A stretch of 40,415 nucleotides of DNA, taken from NCBI GenBank assembly GCA_035329685.1, contig DAOLGI010000001.1, forward strand, positions 33,824-74,238. The letters run 5' to 3'. A program made the position numbers and the translations under genes. Below the pieces are notes generated by a model, which saw only the letters and a list, made by a program, of their open reading frames with translations, searched no databases and had not been told where the DNA came from. Positions 16,731-24,528 of this stretch are shown piece by piece (the first letter of the stretch is position 1; each line of letters starts with the position of its first letter). The DNA is from Acidimicrobiia bacterium (GTDB lineage: Bacteria; Actinomycetota; Acidimicrobiia; IMCC26256; JAGPDB01).

Positions 16731-17472
16731 CGTTTTAACCATCGATTCTTCGACGAATGCTGTTGCGGTGGCCTGTGGAAGTTCAGATCGTGATGCTTCG
16801 AGTCGATGTGTCGAACAGCGTGCATTTCATTCGGAAAACATTCTTGTTGTGATCGACGAGATTCTCCAGGAACGATCGCTGACCATGAAGGATATAGATG
16901 TGATCGGCGTGGGAGTCGGGCCTGGTCTCTTTACGGGTTTGCGCGTTGGGATTTCTGCCGCTCACGCTTTTGCTCACACCCTCGATATACCTTTGGTATA
17001 TTTTTCTTCCCTCGAACTCACCGCCATATCGTTTGCAGGGTCCCACCCTGTCTGTGGAAAAGTAGTGGTGGCACGCGACGCACGCAGGCATGAACTTTAT
17101 AGTGCAACATACGAATCTGCACTTCTTCCGACTACGCAATGTACGATTGACACAACGACATTCTCGACACGACTTAATCGTATACATGAAGAAGCCTTGC
17201 TTACCCCCGAACAGTTTGTTGAAGCAGTCAATGTGAGTGAAGATACACAAGTATTTCTGGACGATATATCACGCTATGAAGAGTTTTCGCAGTTCACAGA
17301 AACATCTCGCTCGCATATTCAACCAGCGAGTATTGATGCTCGATACATGCTCGATCACGTCATCGAAGCAGCACAGGCAGGGATTGTCGCCGATGTCTTT
17401 GCTCCTTCTGCGCTCTATATTCGAAAATCGGATGCAGAATTATCCTGGAACATTCAGGAGTCTGTTTCATGA
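16723..17472 (+). CDS. tsaB: tRNA t6A37 biosynthesis protein TsaB
   Basis: Starts MSNVLTIDSSTNAVAVA and contains GPGLFTGLRVG. ATG 16723 overlaps the tsaE stop. Confidence 0.85.
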   Translation: MSNVLTIDSSTNAVAVACGSSDRDASSRCVEQRAFHSENILVVIDEILQERSLTMKDIDVIGVGVGPGLFTGLRVGISAAHAFAHTLDIPLVYFSSLELTAISFAGSHPVCGKVVVARDARRHELYSATYESALLPTTQCTIDTTTFSTRLNRIHEEALLTPEQFVEAVNVSEDTQVFLDDISRYEEFSQFTETSRSHIQPASIDARYMLDHVIEAAQAGIVADVFAPSALYIRKSDAELSWNIQESVS

Positions 17473-17951
17473 GTTCTGGTATGCGCACCATTCCTATGCA
17501 TGAACACCATGTCGATGATGTAGTCGCCATCGAATCAGCGACCAGTGCGACACCGTGGTCGGCATCTGTCTTTATCTCAGAAATGAATAGTCCAACGCAC
17601 ATTCTTCTTGTGGCAGTGATTGACAGCAGTCTTCATCCTCATGCAGAAAAAGTGGTGGGGTTTTCTGGTGGACAACTTATTGGTAACGAGCTGCACATCC
17701 ACTCCCTTGCGGTGGGTACAGAATTTCGGCGGGTGGGAACAGGTACGAATCTCATCCGGAACCTTATCCAGGCGGGAAGCGAACGCGATGCGATCTCGGC
17801 CACGCTGGAAGTTCGTGTTGGAAATGAAGCAGCGAGAACTCTCTATGAATCGTTAGGTTTCACGACCGAAGGTATCCGACCTAAGTATTACGTCGACAAT
17901 GGGGAAGATGCTGCCATTATGTGGCTCCGATCTTTTGAGGGATTGCTATGA
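17469..17951 (+). CDS. rimI: Ribosomal-protein-alanine N-acetyltransferase (GNAT)
   Basis: 160 aa with the GNAT motif RRVGTGTNLI. ATGA overlaps occur with both tsaB and tsaD. Confidence 0.8.
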   Translation: MSSGMRTIPMHEHHVDDVVAIESATSATPWSASVFISEMNSPTHILLVAVIDSSLHPHAEKVVGFSGGQLIGNELHIHSLAVGTEFRRVGTGTNLIRNLIQAGSERDAISATLEVRVGNEAARTLYESLGFTTEGIRPKYYVDNGEDAAIMWLRSFEGLL

Positions 17952-18997
17952 ATATCCTAAGTATTGAATCATCCTGTGATGAAATGGCTGCAGCAGTTGT
18001 TGTCGATGGTGTACAAGTAAAAAGTTCTGTTGTTTCGAGTCAGATCGATGTCCATAAAAAATATGGAGGAGTTGTTCCCGAGCTTGCCGGTCGTCATCAT
18101 CTTGAACTTGTGAATAATGTTGTGCGCACTGCTCTCGATGAAGCAGAAATGATCTTGGATGACATTGATCTGTTTGCGGGTACGCGCGGTCCTGGCTTGT
18201 CTGCTGCGCTTTTAGTGGGAACAACAGCAGCGAAGTCTTATGCCTATGCATTGGGAAAAGACTTTGTTGGTATTCATCACCATGAAGCACACATTCTTAG
18301 CGTACTTTTGGAGCATGAAAATGTGGAGTTTCCTTTTATTTCTCTCCTGGTTTCTGGCGGACACACAATGGTTGTCGTCGTCGATGGTCTTGGGAAGTAC
18401 CGCGTATTGGGGGGGACAATTGATGACGCGGCAGGTGAGGCATATGACAAAGTCGCTCGGCTACTGGGTTTGGGATACCCCGGAGGTCCGCTGATTGACA
18501 AACTCGCTGAAGAAGGCGATCGAAAAGCCTTTGATTTTCCTCGTCCGATGAAGGACGATCCTTTCAACATGTCATTTTCAGGTTTGAAGACAGCAGTGAA
18601 ATATGCGGTGCGCGATAATCCAGATGTAAAAGTGGAAGATATATGTGCGAGCTTTCAAGCAGCAGTCGTGGATTCTCTCATCGCAAAAACTCGTGCAGCA
18701 ATCACATTGGTCAATAAAGAAACTCAACCGCTACGTGGTGTTTCCATCGGAGGAGGAGTGGCAGCCAATTCGCATCTACGACAACGAATCGAAGAACTCT
18801 CTAACGAATTTTCTATTCGTGCTCTCATCCCTGAACGTTCGATGTGCACAGATAACGCAGTGATGATCGGCGTGGCTGCAAAAATCCACTACGAACTGCG
18901 TGGGGCAGACACGTTGGCTACAGGTATCGATTCCGGCTGGAAACTGACGGATCTGACGATCCGTCATCCTGAGGACATTAACCCTCTGTTATCCTGA
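17948..18997 (+). CDS. tsaD: tRNA N6-adenosine threonylcarbamoyltransferase TsaD
   Basis: 349 aa containing IESSCDE, HHHEAH, SGGHT and GGVAAN. The last 11 codons and the stop lie inside a Rep-A repeat. Confidence 0.95.
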   Translation: MNILSIESSCDEMAAAVVVDGVQVKSSVVSSQIDVHKKYGGVVPELAGRHHLELVNNVVRTALDEAEMILDDIDLFAGTRGPGLSAALLVGTTAAKSYAYALGKDFVGIHHHEAHILSVLLEHENVEFPFISLLVSGGHTMVVVVDGLGKYRVLGGTIDDAAGEAYDKVARLLGLGYPGGPLIDKLAEEGDRKAFDFPRPMKDDPFNMSFSGLKTAVKYAVRDNPDVKVEDICASFQAAVVDSLIAKTRAAITLVNKETQPLRGVSIGGGVAANSHLRQRIEELSNEFSIRALIPERSMCTDNAVMIGVAAKIHYELRGADTLATGIDSGWKLTDLTIRHPEDINPLLS

Positions 18998-19026
18998 GGA
19001 GCCTTTAGGCGACGAAGGATCTCAAC
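18963..19026 (+). repeat. Rep-A copy (two CCTGAG units) overlapping the tsaD 3' end
   Basis: GTCATCCTGAGGACATTAACCCTCTGTTATCCTGAGGAGCCTTTAGGCGACGAAGGATCTCAAC. The tsaD stop TGA (18995-18997) is inside the second unit. Confidence 0.85.
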
Positions 19027-19147
19027 AGTGAACTGTTAACGAGAGTTATCACAATCCCGGAATCGAAACACGATCCAGCAGACCACGCTAGAGCAAACAC
19101 GAAAAAAGCCCCAAGTCCGTTTTCGCCGTATGAGCTGGTTCTACAGG

Positions 19148-19177
19148 TTGAATGCTGGCCATAAAGCTTGGTAACGT
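19148..19177 (+). promoter_or_regulatory. Candidate groES promoter
   Basis: TTGAAT (19148-19153), an 18-nt spacer, then TAACGT (19172-19177), immediately 5' of CIRCE. Hexamer match only. Confidence 0.35.
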
Positions 19178-19178
19178 G

Positions 19179-19205
19179 TTAGCACTCTCACTACGAGAGT
19201 GCTAA
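19179..19205. promoter_or_regulatory. CIRCE operator (HrcA binding site) upstream of groES
   Basis: TTAGCACTC-TCACTACGA-GAGTGCTAA is a perfect match to the CIRCE consensus TTAGCACTC-N9-GAGTGCTAA. It lies 43 nt upstream of the groES ATG. Confidence 0.9.
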
Positions 19206-19247
19206 CAGCATATTTATCCGTTTATTTACCTTTTCAGGAGGCCCTGC

Positions 19248-19538
19248 ATGAATCTGCAGCCATTAGAAGATCGAATTGTCGTTCGCCCAGCGGACGCAGA
19301 AGAGACAACCGTAAGTGGATTGGTTATCCCTGACTCAGCCAAAGAAAAGCCGCAACAGGGTGAAGTCCTCGCTATTGGACCTGGCCGTATTGGTGATGAC
19401 AACGAGCGCGTTGCTATGGAAGTAGCCGTGGGCGACACTGTTGTTTATTCTAAATATGGCGGAACTGAAATTACAGTTGATGGGGAAGATCTATTGATTC
19501 TTTCTTCACGCGACGTACTTGCAAAGTTCCCTGCATAA
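19248..19538 (+). CDS. groES: Co-chaperonin GroES
   Basis: 96 aa starting [12 protein letters not shown], with mobile loop [23 protein letters not shown] and YSKYGGTEI. An AGGAGG Shine-Dalgarno sequence and a CIRCE operator lie upstream. Confidence 0.95.
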   Translation: MNLQPLEDRIVVRPADAEETTVSGLVIPDSAKEKPQQGEVLAIGPGRIGDDNERVAMEVAVGDTVVYSKYGGTEITVDGEDLLILSSRDVLAKFPA

Positions 19539-19549
19539 TATTTTTGATC

Positions 19550-19616
19550 GAGAGGCGATCGTCTCCTTTGCTCCCATGCTGAAACGCAACGTACGCAAAG
19601 AAAACGATCGCCTCTC
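19550..19616 (+). other. Long hairpin 3' of groES
   Basis: Perfect 13-bp stem GAGAGGCGATCGT (19550-19562) / ACGATCGCCTCTC (19604-19616), with inner TTTGC/GCAAA pairing. It is followed by TTCACGTCTTCTG, a weak U-tract. Confidence 0.5.
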
Positions 19617-19680
19617 TTCACGTCTTCTGTCAACTTTGCCCGTACGGGCGTGGCGGCGAATAGCAGAGGATCTTCTGTCT

Positions 19681-19731
19681 GTCATCCTGAGTGCAACGAA
19701 GGATCTAGATTCCTCGCAGGCTCGGAATGAC
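19681..19731 (+). repeat. Rep-A complete two-armed copy (51 nt)
   Basis: GTCATCCTGAG-TGCAAC-GAAGGATC-TA-GATTCCTC-GCAGG-CTCGGAATGAC. Confidence 0.9.
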
Positions 19732-19746
19732 TGAGGGGTGTGAAGT

Positions 19747-20523
19747 GTGAGTAGTAGCGAGTCTTTTTTTCGAGAGAAGTACAACGCTCTACCGCGGCCG
19801 GAACGTTGGATGCCGGGACCTCCCTCTCCTTGGTCAAATATTCTCCCAACCGAACGCTCTTTAAAAATCTCCGAACTTCAGAAGTATATTTATAGAGAAA
19901 ATGATAAAGAATTTCGTTTAAATGAGATCTCACGCAATGAACTCTCTGAAGTTGAGCTGGAAAATCTTGGAGACAATGACATTGCGACAAAACCTGCAGC
20001 AGTTCTTGTTCCTCTGATCACAAATGTCGCCGGAGACGAAATCGATTCGATCATCCTGATGACACGCACGATGACCGTTTCGCATCACAAGGGGCAAGTG
20101 TCGTTTCCTGGAGGTATGGTGGAAGTTTCTGATGAAGATGTTGTGCAGACGGCATTGCGCGAAACTCAGGAAGAAACAGGAATTTCCCCCGAAAGCTTCG
20201 AAATTATGGGAACACGATCGCCCACGCATACCCGTTCGCGCAATGGAATAATCACTCCTGTGCTGGCTACCTGTGATGTATCGGTAGTCTCTCAATTTGA
20301 TCCAAGCTCAGGGGAAGTAGATACGTTGCATGTTGTTCCCGTTGCGGGCTTGCTGGCTCCCGATTCCTATGTGTCTGAGCTCTGGGATTTTCCCACAATG
20401 TCAGCGACTATCCATATGTACTTTGTTCGTGATACAAATGGACTCCCTGTCTTCATTTGGGGGGCAACGGCACACATTCTGACCGATGTTCTCCATTGTT
20501 TGAATTCCGGTACATTCCATTAG
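19747..20523 (+). CDS. NUDIX hydrolase (CoA pyrophosphatase-like)
   Basis: NUDIX box GGMVEVSDEDVVQTALRETQEETGI. The GTG start is uncertain because the N-terminal ~90 aa have no recognisable motif. Confidence 0.7.
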   Translation: MSSSESFFREKYNALPRPERWMPGPPSPWSNILPTERSLKISELQKYIYRENDKEFRLNEISRNELSEVELENLGDNDIATKPAAVLVPLITNVAGDEIDSIILMTRTMTVSHHKGQVSFPGGMVEVSDEDVVQTALRETQEETGISPESFEIMGTRSPTHTRSRNGIITPVLATCDVSVVSQFDPSSGEVDTLHVVPVAGLLAPDSYVSELWDFPTMSATIHMYFVRDTNGLPVFIWGATAHILTDVLHCLNSGTFH

Positions 20524-20567
20524 AATGACACGATCATTATTTGCTGGGTTAAGAAAAGTGGGCGTTA

Positions 20568-21734
20568 GTGGAAGTTGAAATTGGTATAGGAAAATCGGGT
20601 CGTCGGGCGTATGGTTTCGATGACATTGCAATTGTTCCCTCACGCCGAACACGTGATCCCGAAGATGTCGACATCACATGGGAAATCGATGCTTACCAAT
20701 TTGGTCTTCCCGTCATCGGTGCAGCAATGGACGGCGTCATGTCTCCAGGGATCGCAATTCAAATGGGCGAACTCGGCGGCTTGGGATGTTTAAACCTCGA
20801 AGGTCTTTTCACGCGCTATGAAGATCCAGAAAAAGTTTTAGAAGAAATTGCAGACTTAGAAGCCGACAAAGCAACTCGTCGAATGCAAGAACTGTACCAA
20901 GAGCCAGTCAAGGGTGAACTCATTACTGAGCGTATTCGCCAAATTAAAGATGCAGGAGTTACTGCATGCGCGTCACTGACCCCGCAAAAAGTCGACGAAT
21001 ATCTGAAGTATGTGACTGCTGCAGATCTTGATATCTTGGTCATCCAAGGAACCGTTGTGAGCGCCGAGCATGTGTCCAAAACAGGCGCCACGCTCGATCT
21101 CACCAAATTTATTCGCGAACTCGAAATCCCTGTATTTGTGGGTGGTTGCGCAAGTTATTCGGGTGCCTTGCACTTGATGCGTACAGGAGCTGCAGGAATT
21201 TTGGTCGGTGTAGGCCCAGGCCATGCCTGTACCTCTCGTGGAGTTCTCGGAATCGGTGTTCCTCAAGCTACTGCAATCGCTGATGCAGCAGGAGCTCGTA
21301 TTCGTCACTTGGATGAAACGGGCGTGTACGTTCATGTCATTGCTGACGGTGGAATGCGCCTCGGAGGTGACATCGCAAAAGCAATTGCTTGCGGTGCGGA
21401 TGCCGTCATGATTGGTTCTCCACTTGCAGCAGCAACAGATGCTCCTGGTAAGGGTTATCACTGGGGAATGGCAACTTTCCATCCATCTCTTCCTCGCGGT
21501 GCACGCGTGTACGCGGGTCAAAAGGGAACACTGAAAGAAATTCTTGTTGGCCCAGCAACAGAAAACGATGGGTCATTGAACTTATTTGGTGCGTTGCGAA
21601 CCTCAATGGCAACAACAGGCCACGCCACATTGAAAGAATTCCAAAAGGCAGAAGTCATGGTTGCGCCGAGCTTACAAACCGAAGGTAAAGCTCTTCAAAA
21701 TGCACAACAGATCGGGATGGGCAAGAAGTCGTGA
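20568..21734 (+). CDS. guaB3: GuaB3-type IMP dehydrogenase-related protein (no CBS pair)
   Basis: 388 aa starting [31 protein letters not shown], with a TIM-barrel IMPDH-like core ([15 protein letters not shown]). It sits immediately upstream of guaA, as in actinobacteria. Confidence 0.75.
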   Translation: MEVEIGIGKSGRRAYGFDDIAIVPSRRTRDPEDVDITWEIDAYQFGLPVIGAAMDGVMSPGIAIQMGELGGLGCLNLEGLFTRYEDPEKVLEEIADLEADKATRRMQELYQEPVKGELITERIRQIKDAGVTACASLTPQKVDEYLKYVTAADLDILVIQGTVVSAEHVSKTGATLDLTKFIRELEIPVFVGGCASYSGALHLMRTGAAGILVGVGPGHACTSRGVLGIGVPQATAIADAAGARIRHLDETGVYVHVIADGGMRLGGDIAKAIACGADAVMIGSPLAAATDAPGKGYHWGMATFHPSLPRGARVYAGQKGTLKEILVGPATENDGSLNLFGALRTSMATTGHATLKEFQKAEVMVAPSLQTEGKALQNAQQIGMGKKS

Positions 21735-23281
21735 CCATAAGCGCACATGTACCCGAACAAATTGTCCTTGTAGTTGATTTTGGCGCTCAATACGCCCAAC
21801 TGATTGCGCGCCGCGTGCGCGAAGCACATGTATATTCGGAAATCGTTTCACGAAAAATTACAGCGCAAGATGTTCGAGCAAAAAAGCCTGCTGCCATCAT
21901 CCTGTCTGGCGGACCAAAGTCGGTTCATGAAGATGGCGCACCGCTACTTGATCAAGAAATCTATGATCTCGGTATTCCTATCTTGGGAATTTGTTACGGC
22001 GCACAACTGATTGCAAAACAATTAGGTGGGGAAGTAGCAAAAACAGGATCAGGCGAATACGGTCGCACAGAATTATCCGTACTCAATTCTTCACTACTTC
22101 TTCACGATCTCGATGCACAGCACACGGTGTGGATGAGTCACTTCGATACAATCACAAAAGCCCCCGAAGGCTTTCTTGTAAGTGGCACAACGTCAAATAC
22201 GCCCGCTGCTGTTATGGAAAATGCAGAGGCAAGTATTTTCGGGGTGCAATTTCACCCTGAAGTAAAACACACTCCCAATGGTCAAGAAATTCTCAAACGT
22301 TTTCTTTACGAGGGCGCACACTGTGCACCTACGTGGACGAATTCCACCATCATTGACGATTCTGTTGCTGCCATACAAGAACAAGTTGGATCAAGCAAAG
22401 TTATTTGTGCGCTTTCAGGTGGTGTTGATTCTTCCGTGGCCGCAGCTCTCATGCATAAGGCCGTAGGAGATCAACTTGTATGTGTGTACGTGGACACGGG
22501 CATGATGCGTCACGGAGAATCTGAGCAGGTCGAAAAAACTTTTCGCGATCAATTCAAGATAGATCTCATTCATGTTAAGGCGCAAGACCGATTCCTCGAA
22601 CAACTCAAAGGTGTCACCGAACCAGAAGAAAAACGCAAGATTATCGGTGAAACATTTATCCGTATCTTCGAAGAAGTAGAAGACGATATTCAAGACGCAA
22701 AGTTTCTTGTGCAAGGAACGCTGTATCCTGACGTAATTGAATCAGGTAATGATGATGCTTCAACAATTAAAAGTCATCACAATGTCGGCGGTCTTCCTGA
22801 AGACATGAAGTTTGAACTCGTTGAACCTTTGCGCAACTTGTTTAAAGATGAGGTTCGTGCAATTGGAGCTGAGCTTGGTTTGCCTGAAGATATCGTATGG
22901 CGTCAACCTTTCCCTGGCCCCGGCTTGGCTGTGCGTATCGTTGGTGACATCACGCTTGAGCGTCTCGAAATTGTGCGTGCTGCAGACTTTATTGTGGTGG
23001 AGGAAATCCGTCGTGCAGGATTGTATCGAGAGATCTGGCAGAGCTTCGCTGTATTACCCACTATCAAGAGTGTGGGTGTGCAAGGAGACGAACGAACATA
23101 TGCTTATCCCATTATTATTCGTGCAGTGACCTCTGATGATGCCATGACCGCAGATTTTGCTCGCATAGATTTCGATATCCTCGAAAAAATCGCGAATCGT
23201 ATTATTAATGAAGTTCCTGGTGTGAACCGCGTGGCATACGACGTTACCTCGAAGCCCCCCGGCACTATCGAGTGGGAATAA
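21731..23281 (+). CDS. guaA: GMP synthase (glutamine-hydrolysing)
   Basis: 516 aa with GATase motif [11 protein letters not shown]-PPase SGGVDSSV and C-terminus PPGTIEWE. Confidence 0.95.
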   Translation: MTISAHVPEQIVLVVDFGAQYAQLIARRVREAHVYSEIVSRKITAQDVRAKKPAAIILSGGPKSVHEDGAPLLDQEIYDLGIPILGICYGAQLIAKQLGGEVAKTGSGEYGRTELSVLNSSLLLHDLDAQHTVWMSHFDTITKAPEGFLVSGTTSNTPAAVMENAEASIFGVQFHPEVKHTPNGQEILKRFLYEGAHCAPTWTNSTIIDDSVAAIQEQVGSSKVICALSGGVDSSVAAALMHKAVGDQLVCVYVDTGMMRHGESEQVEKTFRDQFKIDLIHVKAQDRFLEQLKGVTEPEEKRKIIGETFIRIFEEVEDDIQDAKFLVQGTLYPDVIESGNDDASTIKSHHNVGGLPEDMKFELVEPLRNLFKDEVRAIGAELGLPEDIVWRQPFPGPGLAVRIVGDITLERLEIVRAADFIVVEEIRRAGLYREIWQSFAVLPTIKSVGVQGDERTYAYPIIIRAVTSDDAMTADFARIDFDILEKIANRIINEVPGVNRVAYDVTSKPPGTIEWE

Positions 23282-23297
23282 TCCGCTGTTCTTGCAG

Positions 23298-23424
23298 TTA
23301 GGGTTGTCCCTTGGAAAAACGGAGAAATACAGAGAATCTCACATGAGATTTCTCATACGTTTTCCAAGGGGCGGCCCTCCCCTTAAAACAACTAAACAGC
23401 AGCAGTTCGTTCAGTTGTACCGAG
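23298..23424 (+). repeat. Rep-C full unit after guaA
   Basis: TTAGGGTTGTCCCTTGGAAAAACG..apex..CGTTTTCCAAGGGGCGGCCCTCCCC-TTAAAACAACTAAAC-AGCAGCAGTTCGTTCAGTTGTACCGAG. Confidence 0.9.
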
Positions 23425-23506
23425 TCTTATAGCCTAAACCTGCGTGGACATCCCATCTCCAACTACACTGCAATGCATATATTCACACAGTGAAAGAGGT
23501 TGTCCC

Positions 23507-24094
23507 ATGACACGAAACCGATTATTTGTTACCTGTGCCTGCGCACTTGTTCTTGTTCTCTCTTTGGGCGCATGTGGTTCAGATTCTAAGAAGGAATCTT
23601 CTGACAGTAAGTCCGAGGAACGCAAGTCAGTGAGCTCTTCGAGTGGTAAGAGTGATTTTGTGAAAGATGTTGCAAAAGTATGTCAAGGAATTGATCGAGA
23701 AGTCTTCGACGAATTGTCTAATTCAGATATTGCTGGCGATCCTGACGCATTCCAAGAAGCATTGAAGAACGGTGAAGATGAGCTCGATAATGTGATTTCT
23801 GATCTTGAAGATATCGATCCTCCATCAAAGTTTTCCGATGACTGGGATACATTCCTCGATGATTTTTCTGCAATGAGGGACGCGTATCCACAACTTGGTG
23901 AAGGGATGGCATCACTCACTCGACTCGCTACAGATTCTCAATCGACAGACCCAGCAACTGCGCAGGCTGCACAAACGCAAATGATTGAAGTTCAAGCTGA
24001 TTTGCAAGAATTAGTTGAAGACTTATCTCAACGTGGAGAAGAAATAGCAGCTATTGCAGATCGCCTTGGCTTAGAAGATTGTAATTTAGATTAG
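23507..24094 (+). CDS. Acidic lipoprotein of unknown function
   Basis: ATG 23507 follows an AAAGAGG Shine-Dalgarno sequence. The signal peptide MTRNRLFVTCACALVLVLSLGAC carries a lipobox (LGAC), followed by a Ser/Asp/Glu-rich mature part. Confidence 0.65.
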   Translation: MTRNRLFVTCACALVLVLSLGACGSDSKKESSDSKSEERKSVSSSSGKSDFVKDVAKVCQGIDREVFDELSNSDIAGDPDAFQEALKNGEDELDNVISDLEDIDPPSKFSDDWDTFLDDFSAMRDAYPQLGEGMASLTRLATDSQSTDPATAQAAQTQMIEVQADLQELVEDLSQRGEEIAAIADRLGLEDCNLD

Positions 24095-24255
24095 TTCCAT
24101 CTGAGCGTCACTTGGAAACAAACCAGGTTTGCACCCAGATGGCGCTGTTCTAGCTACATAACGGCCTGAAACCCTTGTATAAAGAGCTGCATTGGCGGGT
24201 GTTGCCTCCTGGGATCTATACTTTTACACTAAATGTGTAAAGGTTCCGTTCTGCG

Positions 24256-24519
24256 ATGATTAAATTTCCTACTTCGAATAGTTGGTGGATTTTTGATGAT
24301 ACACATTTACGCTTTAGAAAAATTCCTCGTGATATGAATCCTGATGCATTCGTACTTGATGGCGATTGGCAGAAATATGCAGATCTTGAGATTGACGCAG
24401 ATAATTCCGCATTCACAGTATTTTTAGATGAAGAAAAGACTCGTCTTTTGCGAGGCTATATCGAGTCCGCTGATTCTGAACAGGACCTGGACAAGGATAT
24501 TGTCGCATCTGACGCCTAA
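24256..24519 (+). CDS. Small hypothetical protein (87 aa)
   Basis: Clean ORF 9 nt upstream of pcrA. It is Trp-rich at the N-terminus (SNSWWIFDDTHLRFRK) with an acidic tail. I recognise no motif. Confidence 0.45.
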   Translation: MIKFPTSNSWWIFDDTHLRFRKIPRDMNPDAFVLDGDWQKYADLEIDADNSAFTVFLDEEKTRLLRGYIESADSEQDLDKDIVASDA

Positions 24520-24528
24520 ATTATTGGC

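Noticed and set aside
19021-19092. A possible degenerate minus-oriented Rep-C after tsaD, with CTCAACAGTGAACTG resembling the tail and CCAGCAGACCACGCTAG resembling the left arm.
   Set aside because: The GGGGAGGG tract and the right arm are missing, and the similarity is limited to short patches. It is too weak to call.
20051-20075. CTGATGA in the NUDIX gene as a hammerhead ribozyme core.
   Set aside because: There is no matching GAAA element or three-stem junction around it, and it lies inside a coding region with a good NUDIX box downstream.
23425-23455. A third full-plus-half Rep-C tandem after the copies at 23298-23424 and 38604-38724, based on GCG(T/C)GGACATC downstream of both.
   Set aside because: The shared downstream block is better explained as a minus-oriented Rep-A fragment, because the complement GGATGTCC(A/G)CGC resembles GGAT(A/C)TCCGCGC of Rep-A at 1731-1742 and 5267-5278. 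No C-tract or tail follows it.
23444-23506. The GTG 23444 start (216 aa) for the lipoprotein gene, the TTG 2307 start for rpsM and the 7176 start for rplM, as given by the ORF track.
   Set aside because: The internal ATGs (23507, 2343 and 7242) follow Shine-Dalgarno-like sequences and give canonical N-termini: a signal peptide with lipobox, MARIAGVD and MGTYQPK. The upstream extensions run through spacer or repeat sequence.
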